Assembly: GCA_002189035.1 (NCBI GenBank)
Contig: CM007990.1
Coordinates: 5,952,001-6,016,000 of the forward strand
Reading direction: 5' to 3'
Length of the DNA: 64,000 nt
Source: Utricularia gibba
Taxonomy: Eukaryota > Plantae > Magnoliophyta
The translations under genes were made by a program, and so were the position numbers. Of this stretch, positions 1 through 10,359 are shown piece by piece. The first letter of the stretch is position 1. Each line of letters begins with the position of its first letter. A model generated the notes under the pieces. It saw only the letters and a list, made by a program, of their open reading frames with translations. It had not been told where the DNA came from and ran no database searches.

Positions 1-429
1 CTAGCATGCTGATATCGCTAAACATGTACTCCGCCTGCACGTATCGCTTAGTATTGATTGCAAAAAAAAGAAAAACCCTAAATTCATTGCAGAAGAAAGA
101 ACCTGTTTAATGATCTTGTTCTTGGCCTCATCGGATATCTGAATTTCCTTAGCAGCCTTCTGGTGCAGGCTCTTGGGCGATCGCGCCTCATTCGGCACCG
201 ACCGGGCGGCGGGGACAGAAATGGGGATGTCTTGATCGGGGGCACCAACACAAATCCACGCTCCGGTGCTCCCGTCGATGTAATGCACATAGGAATGGAA
301 ATAGCCGGTGATCGGAAGTTGAGCCGCTGTGGGGACGAACTCCGGCGCGGCGACGTTTAGCCGGAAAGGAGCCCCCCTCCTGTCATGGAGCTCTGCGAAA
401 TCCACGTCTCTCCTACGAAGCTGCGCCAT
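1..429 (-). CDS. LARP6: La-related protein 6 (LARP6), 5' part; runs off the window start
   Basis: Exon 429-103 has a PAM2-like LNVAAPEFVP motif. Splicing over a GT-AG intron (102-35) gives KIIKQAEYMFSDISMLA, the start of a La motif. Confidence 0.85.
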   Translation of the reverse strand: MAQLRRRDVDFAELHDRRGAPFRLNVAAPEFVPTAAQLPITGYFHSYVHYIDGSTGAWICVGAPDQDIPISVPAARSVPNEARSPKSLHQKAAKEIQISDEAKNKIIKQVLSSAMNLGFFFFLQSILSDTCRRSTCLAISAC

Positions 430-1164
430 GGGGACAATAAAAAAATTTCCAAGTCCCAGAAAGAATCATCCAACGTAGCCAGCCCATCCAGGGAATGAAC
501 CACGGGAAATGTATAGAGGAGAACAGAGGAATCGATGGCTCCAAGTTGATGGCGCATCAATGGCCACGACGTTTCACAGGATGCACAAATCGCGAATTGA
601 ATCGGTCTTTTTTTCTTTTAATTTATTTAGTACACGTCAGCGTGAAGACTTCCACGTGGCCGTACAGGAATGGAGAAGCCAGTTTAAAGGGTAAAATGGG
701 AATTTCCGCATACCACGCGTCCTTGCTTTTCCCTCATCAAATGATTGGAGTTAGGGAAATGGATGAGGATGAACGGTTGGTACTTGGTATGGATCAAGAT
801 TAACAATCAGCACTTTTAAAAATATCTAAATTTAATTTTTTAAAAAAATATATAAAAAATAAAAAATCATATATTGAAAGTTCAAACTCATAAATTTTAA
901 GAGATGAAAATAATATATTTTTGGGGGAAAAAAAGAAGTATTTTGTATATTGTAAATTTAATTAATGTTTTTTAATTAGAGATTAATGGAGCTTGACTGG
1001 GCTTTTGTTGTGTTCAGTGGGTTTGGACCAGGGCAAACCAGGGGCCCGATCCGGCAGCTTTCCGACGCAGGTATTCTTCGTTTAGTTTGGCTATAAAACC
1101 CGGCCTGGCTGCCGGTATCATCAATCACAACGGAAGAAAGTCAAAAAGCTTGATCAACTCACCA

Positions 1165-1398
1165 ATGGCGAGCAACGTACTCCAGATCTGTAGAGGCGAG
1201 GTCGCGAAGCTGCGAACCAGGATCCGGACCTCCAACCCCTGGGTAGCCAGGAACGGGGAAGTCGCGGAGCGGAGAGAATTAGCGCGGACTTCGTCGTCGT
1301 CGTCGGACGCCGCCGTATCGCAGATCGAGGCGAAGGAGGGGTCGATGATGTCGGAGTATACTGTGTTTATGATCATGGATCGATTCTGTCCCAGCTGA
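1165..1398 (+). CDS. Small (77 aa) uncharacterised plant protein
   Basis: ATG at 1165. The C-terminus MSEYTVFMIMDRFCPS resembles a recalled plant small-protein tail (SExTVxLLMDRFxP); not verified by search. Confidence 0.55.
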   Translation: MASNVLQICRGEVAKLRTRIRTSNPWVARNGEVAERRELARTSSSSSDAAVSQIEAKEGSMMSEYTVFMIMDRFCPS

Positions 1399-2586
1399 GG
1401 GGGAGCCGGAACCAGATCTGATCCGATCGGGAGATCCCGTCGCTGTAACCGTCGGGTTCGTCGTTGTTTCATTTTGCTTCCGGCTAGCTGTAAATCAAGG
1501 GATCCTGCATATGCTGAGTTTACCTGTGAAAAGAAAACGAGAAGGATGAAGCCAATGTAGTCTTCGTCTTGTGTGTGTGTGTTTTATGTATGTATCAGTA
1601 GATAACTTCATCTTTTGTAAGAAACAAGGAAGCAACAGAGCTCTGGTTTCCCAAGGTATTTCTGTGTCACCGGGTCGCTGCCGCCGTGTCTCAGCCGCCG
1701 CATCAACGTCGCGGACGGAGACATTTGTTCTTATCTGAATTTTTTTTAAAAAAAATAAATTCTGAAGAAATTAATGTTTAAAATGGATAAAAAGGGAGCA
1801 CCCGAATTGAAATTTGAACCTATTTGGGGGTCGAATTGATATAATAATTAAGTTTTAATAATTTTTAAACATGTGTGTATTGTTTGGTCATTTTTGTCCA
1901 GAAACTCCACGCTAATGTTTGTTTGGTGGAGAGAACTGAGCGGTGGTGGCGCACATGTTGATATACGACGGCGACATCAGCCTTTTTTTTTTGAAGGATG
2001 AGAAGGCGATTTTTTCGACTGAAGCATCAAACTCGCGGCTCATTTTCCAAATCTCTCTCCACTTTTTCTTGTCCGATGGAAGAAACATCGGGATTCGACT
2101 GTAAGCCTTCGAGGAGGTGTTGTTTACATTTTTCGAGTTAAGCTTGTGTTTTTTTTCCTTTGTGTTCGTAGGATGTCAGAATTGATGACATCCTGTCGTA
2201 CCCGCGGAATTGTCCGTGTTAGTTTTGTTGAAGATTTTGTGCGTCTAGACGCCGAACTGCGATTGTCTTCCGTTGGATCGCCACAGTTTCTGTTGAATAT
2301 AACCTTTTTTTTTTCGTTACAGTTTGCGTAACTTCAGCTCTCTAAGAATGCGACCCATGTTTCGCAGGATCCATCTAGCGATTGAAGACCCCTGGCTGAC
2401 AATTTCCTAGGGAGATGGTGTAGGTTCTGCTGTCATTTTTCAGTCTGATTTAGTTTGCTTGTTTTTGTGGTGTAATGGTGAATTATCTTGGTGTTTGAGA
2501 TTGGAAAATGCTGTGTGACGGGGGATTCTAAGTGGGCTAGTTGCTTGTAAATGATCTGTACGAGAGGTGGTTGATCTAATGGTCAT

Positions 2587-3878
2587 ATGACTCCATCTCG
2601 CACGTCGAAGCCACACCAGTGTGATGGTCATATGACTCCGCTGCGATTCATCAGAGGAACCTTCTGCTTGGTGTTCTTGGTCACATCTGCTTTTGTGTTG
2701 CTGGTCTACTTTGGGGTCTGGACTGCTGTTGCCTTGAGATTCTTCAGTGTGCACTACAGCAGAAAAGTCACAGGGTTGGTCTTCGGGAGCTGGATTGCTC
2801 TGTGGCCCTTCCTCTTTGAGAAGATAAACAAGACAAAGGTGATCTTCTCTGGGGAATCTGTGCCTCCAAGGGAACGTGTGATACTCATTGCCAACCACAG
2901 AACAGAGGTGGATTGGATGTACTTATGGGATCTTGCTGTCAGGAAGGATTGCCAAGGTTGCATCAAGTATGTTCTGAAGAGCAGCTTGATGAAACTGCCC
3001 GTCTTCGGTTGGGTGTTCCATGTGATGGAATTCTTACCCGTGGAACGAAGATGGGAGGCGGATGAGCCCATGATGAGACTGATGCTGTCCAGCTTCACCA
3101 ATCCGGATGACTCCTTGTGGCTTGCTGTCTTCCCTGAGGGCACTGATTTCACGTAACCCCTTCGTTCCCAAACCTTGTTTCATTTCCATAGGAGGGGTGT
3201 TTTCCATGGTAATGAGTTGTGGCAGTGCAGACCGGAGAAGTGCCTGCGTAGCCAACGGATAGCTTGTGAAAGAGGGCTGCCACTTCTCAAGAACGTGCTG
3301 CTTCCAAAGACAAAAGGGTTTCACACATGCTTAGAAACCTTGAGAGACTCCATTGATGCAGGTTCGCTCTGCATCCTCCCTGGAAACTAGTGCTAGTTGT
3401 CCAGAGCCTTGCTCTTTGGTTCCATATGCATTTGCTCCTGCTCATCTCCTAACTGCTACTCTGCTTTGCAGTCTACGACATCACCATCGGATACCGGAAC
3501 AAGTGTCCGTCTTTCTTGGACAATGTTTTCGGGATCGGCCCATCTGAGGTCCACATCCATGTCCGGCGAGTTCCCATCAATGAGATCGGATTGAGTGAGC
3601 AAGAGGTTTCATCATGGCTGATGGACACCTTTCAGTTGAAAGATGAGATGCTCTCAGAGTTCGATTCGAAGGGGCATTTCCTAAACGAAGGAACCGAAGG
3701 GGGGATAAACACAGTGAAGTATGCTGTGAACTTTGTGGCTGTTATGCTCCTCACTGGGACCTGCATGTTTTACACCCTTTCCTCTGCTTGGTTTAGGATC
3801 TATGTCTCCTCAGTCTGTGGTGCCATGGTCACCATCACCTACTTCAATGTTTGGCCTTCCTCTTTTCTTCGTTCATGA
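2587..3878 (+). CDS. LPAT5: 1-acyl-sn-glycerol-3-phosphate acyltransferase (LPAT4/5 class)
   Basis: [13 protein letters not shown] and FPEGTDFT acyltransferase motifs. Exons 2587-3152, 3231-3361 and 3472-3878 join in frame over GT-AG introns. Confidence 0.93.
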
Positions 3879-4094
3879 AACCTTGAGCTTTTTGCACTAA
3901 TAATCTGTGGTGGCTCATCGTCCTCAGTATGCAGAATCTCAATAGTGACAACAGATAAAAACAATATTGACACTGAATAGTTACTTGCAGGCATGTCCCG
4001 TGTCAAAGCAATGTCTGCAACTAGTTTACACTTGGAAAAATAAAGAACGGAAACACATGAATAGTTTACTCGCCTTCCAGTGTTTGTTCAGGAA

Positions 4095-5424
4095 TTAGCA
4101 TTCACAGCCGGTGGACCTGCGCTGACTGCTGCTTGCAACATCAATGGTTTCGGGTATGTATCTGGTTACGATATCGTAGACGGACTGATCAGTGAAAATT
4201 GCAGGAAAACTAGTGGACATGACCTGAAAGTTTGAAGTGTTATCCACTCACAATTCTTCTTCGTCTTCAGTTTTGAGGGCATTCTTTGCAACGACCTGGA
4301 AGGCCTCTTCGACGTTGGTGCCTTCCTTGGCTGATGTCTCGAAATACGGAATATTCCCTTTGGAGGCACACCACGCCCGAGCCTTTTTCTCAGAAACCTT
4401 TGAAAATATAAAACATTGGCAAATACGAGAAGCATGGGAAGTGTGTAACAACACCAGCGTCAAGTAAACGTACCACTCTGCCATTCCCACCGTCCACATC
4501 AATCTTGTTGCCAATCACAACAAAGGGAAAATTTTCAGGATCAGAAGGAGCAGCCTGCAATGGTATTACAGTTGCATGAGTATTGTCTACAGGTTTCATG
4601 ATTGGAGAAGAAACAGAAGCTGGAGTAGACGTTTCAGACGAGTAAAAAACCAGAAGAGATACCTGGATCAAGAACTCTTCCCTCCAGTTATTAAGATTCT
4701 CAAACGACTTCATCACATTTACATCATAGACAAGCACACAGCAATCAGCGCCACGGTAGAATGCAACTCCGAGGCTCTGAAATCTTTCCTGTCCCGCAGT
4801 ATCCCATATCTAAAAAAGCACAAAAAACAGGTGAACGAGAATAAAAGCCAATTCTTGACCCAGGAGAAACCAATCATACAATCAAAAACAGACAACTGAA
4901 ACACGCCGATCGCTTTACCAGGAATTGTTTCTTTAGCTTCAAATAGCATAAAAAAAAAAATTCAGCAGCAAGCACTAACCTGTAAAGTGAAAAGCCGGTC
5001 TTCAAACTGAACTTCCTTCGTCAAGAAATCCGCACCAATTGTCGCCTTATACTGATTGCTGAACTTCTTATTAACATATCTTTAGTCCTTATGTCAAAGA
5101 AATGCAATCAAACAGTTGAAAACAAACCAATTCTTAAAACACAAGAACTAGAAGGATACTGATTCATCAAGGACGTCTTCCCCACCCTGAAACAACAAGG
5201 TCAAGTACATACAATCAAATTAATGCAAAATCATCCTATTTAGGCTCTAATTCGATTTTTCTGAAAAAACGAAAATCCGTGTCGCGAAACCGATTAAAAG
5301 CGGAGATCCAATCCAAAGGTTTCCAAAACGGGCAAAGACAGCTATCCAATTAAAATCTCTGGAACGCTCACCCGCTGTCGCCGAGGATGATGACCTTAAG
5401 GAGAGCCCTTCTGCGCGGCGGCAT
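4095..5424 (-). CDS. RABG3: Rab7-family small GTPase
   Basis: [30 protein letters not shown] and FETSAK motifs, plus C-terminal CEC prenylation motif; multi-exon. Confidence 0.96.
5080..5159 (-). other. U12-type (minor spliceosome) GT-AG intron in RABG3
   Basis: Donor GTATCCTTC. Branch-like TTCTTTGAC with the A 14 nt before the AG, and no polypyrimidine tract. Splicing restores [12 protein letters not shown]. Confidence 0.85.
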
Positions 5425-5758
5425 CGCTTCAGAATCGATGGAAAAATAATACTAACGGCGGCCGAAGAATTCGTTTTAGATAGAACTTCTGATTCAGATG
5501 CGATGCATTCAATTTCTTCGCAGTTTTTCTGCGTCTCTCTCTCTAGAGCCGTGAGTTGGCAGGAGGGAGCGTTTCTGTTCACGGAATATTCCGTTTCCAT
5601 CCCACATATTTACTGTAATTGCACTATCACCCCACTGACGCCATATTTTTAGCAAGATTATTTTCACGATCATCCATCCAATCAACTTTCAACACGTGTC
5701 AGCTATCGTCTCTACTCCCCAAAATATAATTAAGTAAATATATCCCAAAAACAGTTCG

Positions 5759-8073
5759 TTAGGAACGCTGTGGACTTGTATCACCCCTCACTGGCTGGTC
5801 AGCGGATGCCTGAGAGAGTGGAGAAGTTGTCTGTCGATAAGAACCAAGTTCCTGCAGAGCACTTCAATGGTTTGGTCTTCGTGTGGCAGTCAAAATGGGG
5901 TGGGGTAGAACACAGAGGGTACTTACGGATCGATGGAACGATTCATCAGACTCGAGCATGTGAACGATTTGGCTCATTTTGGGTCGCTTGCTGGCGTCCG
6001 AGTCTATGCATCGAAGGCAAACGAGTAGAATCCTTTTCAGAGCCCTTGGGCATGGTGGAGCATCGAGGAGGGGATCTACGAGCTCTTCGCTCCGCCGGCT
6101 TGAGATCATGGCTTTGACCCAATCGACCAAGTTCATCTGAAAAAAGAAGATGATGGGGAAGGATCATGATGGCTGTTTCTAGATGCTGAAGTGGGCCGAT
6201 GGTTTACCTCTCCGGGTGGTTTTCTGTAGTCCACCGGTGGCCTTCCGGTGATTATTTCCATCAGGAGGACTCCAAAGCTGTAGACATCACTACTCTCGTT
6301 GAGCATACCGGTACTGGCGTAGTCTGGAGAGACGTATCTGCAGAGGAGAAGCTGTTGAGAGGAGTTTTGTGATGGAGGATCAAGCATCCATGTTGTGAAA
6401 TAAGGATGAGTACCCGAATGTGCCCATCACTCGGGTTGTGACGTAGCCTGTATCGGGTCCCAATAGCTTGGCCAGTCCGAAATCTGATACCTTTGGATTC
6501 CATTTCCTGTCAAGAAGAATGTTGCTCGATTTCACATCACGGTGCACGACTTTCGGCTCTAGTCCTTCGTGTAAGTATGCCAATCTGCACCACAGTAATG
6601 GAATGCAAAATGAGGATACAGATAAACCACTGAGCTTCATGGATCAAATACATTAGCAGCACTGAAGAACACAAATATGATTCAGGTCTGACCCTCTTGC
6701 TGTCCCAACAGCAACTTTCATCCGGATTTCCCAGGTTAAAGGGCTGACAGGACCAACATCGCCGTGCAGCCACTGCTCCAAATTGCCATTGTTAATATAC
6801 TCGTAAACAAGCAATCTGAAGCACATCCCAAAAGCGACAATCGTCAGCTAAAAAATAAAACAGATTCTACATCGACAGAGTGAAGCAAACCTGAAGAAGC
6901 ATACTTACTACCTTTGAGGACCTTCTGCACAGTAACCCAGCAAACTCACAAGATTCTTATGTTTAACCTTTCCAATAGCTTCAACCTCTACCTTAAATTC
7001 TTTCTCAGCTTGACCCCTGTTAAAACCAATCATAAAACTTGTCAAGCATCGTCTCTTAAACGTATGATTTTTACCAAAATGTGATATATACCTAAGGCTA
7101 CAGTAACAGCATCTAGCCTCTTTGGCCGTGCTGAATCAACACATAGGTACACAAGAAAACTGAGGTCCAATCTCATCACTAGCAAGTTAATAAGCTGGCA
7201 GTCTATCAGATCCATCCATGGAATCAGAATTTGACAAGGAATGCAGCATCTTACTTACGAAATACCGCAAAAATAAGGATCAAAGAAAAAGGCAAACAGA
7301 AGTTCTACGCTGGAAAAACAAAGTAAGGCAAATGTTACTGCTGCAGAAGTTAAAAGTGAAATAGACTAAGGTTCAAGAGTGAGGCACAATTTTCAAGGAT
7401 CATGCACCAAAGAAAGCTTGCAAGATCACGATCCCACCAAATAAAATGACAGTTTAAAAATCCAGACGCATTACTTAGACAAGAAGTCACGTGGGGCAGC
7501 AACATTACTATTCATGTGCATTGCTTCATTTGAAAATTTAGTTGCATGTACTTACTTCTTGTTCAGAAGATGTTTCACCGCGACGAAAGAGCCATCTGGT
7601 AAAACCCCGCGATAGACAATCCCATACCCTCCTTCTCCAATCACGTTTTCGCTAGAAAACTGATCCGTAGCAATTTGAAGCTCTCTTAAGCTATACCATC
7701 GACCCCAACCACAGTTCCCATACCCTTCAGTAGAACTCGAAATCACCGACGAGGAATCACTCCTTCCCGTTGTACTCTCTGAGCTTCCTCTCTTGCTCCC
7801 TACATCATGACCGACAACATCTTTATTCACATCTTCCGCATCTAGCTTACCAGCCCCCTTCTGAACATCTACGCAGACAATCGGCACATCCCCCAAACTC
7901 CGCCTAACTCCAACACATCTCCGTCTGGATCGAAGGAACAAAAAAACCACTAGAAAAACGGCAAGCACAATCACCACAGTAATGAGTATCACAACGTAGA
8001 GCTTCAACCCTAGAATCGGAGTAACTGCCCCCAAAAAGCTCCCCCCGGAAGAAGTACCTCCGGAATCCGCCAT
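5759..8073 (-). CDS. Receptor-like Ser/Thr kinase, RLCK-V class (At4g34500/At1g01540-like)
   Basis: N-terminal TM segment, then [23 protein letters not shown] and TRVMGTFGY. About 7 exons; the last exon (5851-5759) is inferred from splice signals. Confidence 0.92.
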
Positions 8074-8562
8074 GTTCCGGTACCGGAATAATCAAATAAG
8101 TGGAATCCAAAAACTTAATCAATCCGACAGATTCGCATCAATTGTCCGAGAAATAACACCACCGGAAAAGCGCAAGCAAGCTTTATTACAGAAAAAAAAT
8201 AGCAGAAATATTTTCGATAGCACTTGCAGCCGGAGCTCGAGCGAGCTTATAACTAATCGAAAATGGAGGGACGTGAAAGAAGAATGTAGGCATAAAATGG
8301 AAGGGGCAGCGTTTGATTGTAGACTGTGCTTTGACCAATTTGCCCTTCACTAGATTCCCTTTTATAAAATCCCTTTATTTATGGATATTTTTAAAAAATA
8401 TATCGAATTTGTTTTATAAGAGAAATATGTGGGAATCGCTTTAAGGGAGGGACTGAAGCATTTGGGAAATAATGCACCCAATTTTTGAAGGGAGCTGGAC
8501 AACAACATCATTGCCTTTGAGCACAGAGTGCTCTGCAACAGCAACACAAGCAGCAAAAAAGC

Positions 8563-9447
8563 TTAGAACAGTAGAGCAATTAAGCAAACCAGCACAACAA
8601 GCAGCACCAGGACTCCAATCCAGCAAGCCCAGGTCCTCTGTTTCTTCAGCTTTTGCGCCCTGTCCAGCTCCTTGGTTCCTTCCTTCACATAGGACCCGGC
8701 ATTCATCACATTCATCTCAATATCGTTCATGTGTTCCCCTTGAGTTTCCACCATCACAGCCATATCCAGAAATAGTTGCTGCAATTCGACCAAGCTTTTC
8801 TGGATTGCTTTCACCGCTTCGTGTCTTTCCACGTTCTCCTCCACAATTTCTCTCTTGCCTTCAAAGACACCTGCAGTCCCACCCTCCAATGCGATCTTTT
8901 CGATGGTTTCATCGCTCGCTTCTTCCCCTGTAGCAGCATAGTATCGTCTCTTGAGGACTTCTTTGTGATCAGAGACAACTTTTTCCCTCAAGCTCTGGAA
9001 ATCATCCATAGTAGCCTTCAGCTTTGTTCGTAGGCCATTTGTTACCGTGCTTCTTGTACGGTCTACATAGCTGCCTTCTTTGTGGCCAGTCTGGTTATCG
9101 GTGTTGGATTTCTCAAGCGATTCCAACCTGGTTTTGACCACCTTGGCCTTTCTAAGCACCATCACCATATCAGAATTGATCCTGTCTCTCAGCCCACGTA
9201 GGATTTTGGGACTCTGGGCAGATTTCGTCGACTCGTTCAGTTCTTGAAGATCAATCAGCAGATACCTGAGCTCTTCGATCTCGGCCCGAATCGCATCAAC
9301 TTCTTCGAAAAAGATGGACAGATTCTTCTGCTCCGAAGAAGTGATTTGTCCCATTTCCGCATCTGGGAGATTCGATTCGAGATCTTTCATCGCTTGCTTC
9401 TTCAGATCCACGTAACTCATAAAAGATTTCGTCATCAGATCGTTCAT
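8563..9447 (-). CDS. SYP112: Syntaxin (Qa-SNARE), SYP112-like, intronless
   Basis: MNDLMTKSFMSYVDLKKQA start, SNARE helix FLDMAVMVETQGEHMNDIE, and C-terminal TM. Confidence 0.92.
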   Translation of the reverse strand: MNDLMTKSFMSYVDLKKQAMKDLESNLPDAEMGQITSSEQKNLSIFFEEVDAIRAEIEELRYLLIDLQELNESTKSAQSPKILRGLRDRINSDMVMVLRKAKVVKTRLESLEKSNTDNQTGHKEGSYVDRTRSTVTNGLRTKLKATMDDFQSLREKVVSDHKEVLKRRYYAATGEEASDETIEKIALEGGTAGVFEGKREIVEENVERHEAVKAIQKSLVELQQLFLDMAVMVETQGEHMNDIEMNVMNAGSYVKEGTKELDRAQKLKKQRTWACWIGVLVLLVVLVCLIALLF

Positions 9448-9550
9448 CTTGGCTTCGATTCCGAGAAAACCCAACTAGAAAAAAGGTATGGGAATTTTCA
9501 GATCTAGTAGTAAACTCACAAGAAACCTGAAACTTTCAGATCCGAATTCC

Positions 9551-9570
9551 GAAGAAGAAGAAGAAGAAGA
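9551..9570 (+). repeat. (GAA)n microsatellite
   Basis: gaagaagaagaagaagaaga upstream of SYP112. Confidence 0.85.
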
Positions 9571-10189
9571 AAAGGAGCGGAGAAAAGATGAAGACTCGAT
9601 CGATGTTACCGTTGTGGCTTTAAATCCCCAGATATTTCAAAATCAAATAGCCGTTACAGTTTCCACCAACATTTTTTTTAAAAAAATTTAAAATAATTGA
9701 AAGTTTCTGGGCCTCCAAATAATCTCTTCTTTTTCTGGCCTCGGCCCAAACCCAGCTCACTCCCGTCCTCCTGACCTTTTCTTTTTTTGAATATTTAAAT
9801 CATGAATAATATTACCAGGGGCAGCCGCCGAAGTACCAAAACAGGTGCTCCAATGGTATCGACTAAAGAGTCAGCAGCATTCCATTTCATTTCATTTTCA
9901 AAAAGCTTTCTTTGATCGTAAGATGTTAATTTACAAGTGTTACCGAACATGAGCGACGTCGTAATATTATATAACAAAAATATGATATGAAGCAGAGAAG
10001 CAAGAATTAGGAAAAGTTTAGTAATGATCGAATATTGGGATTAAAAAAAGGATTTTATATTCCAAACTATGTGCGGTGATAAATAAATAAATAATATTGA
10101 ATACTAAATGCGCCAAAGGGTTTGGAATGGATGCACTCATGAGGCGTGATGCAACTGGCATCCATGTCAGCAAGGCGATGGGCGACTGC

Positions 10190-10195
10190 CACGTG
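10190..10195. promoter_or_regulatory. G-box (CACGTG) upstream of BRUTUS
   Basis: Perfect CACGTG about 165 bp before the ATG. Clade IVc bHLHs are known regulators of BTS; binding here is untested. Confidence 0.4.
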
Positions 10196-10325
10196 GCCTT
10201 ATTTATTTGCCTAATGCGCTCCTTAGGCGTTACTACAGTTGGGTTTATTATTGTTTTCTCGCGTTCCGGGGTTAACGGATAGACAGAATTTTCTGGTGAA
10301 GTTGGAACAAAGGCGACGACCCTCT

Positions 10326-10352
10326 GGAGGAGGAGGAGGAGGAGGAGGAGGA
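10326..10352 (+). repeat. (GGA)n microsatellite in the BTS 5' leader
   Basis: Run of gga repeats just before the ATG at 10360. Confidence 0.85.
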
Positions 10353-10359
10353 GGAGAGG

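Noticed and set aside
1125-1472. 115-aa minus-strand ORF
   Set aside because: It is antisense to the better-supported 77-aa plus-strand ORF and has no recognisable motif.
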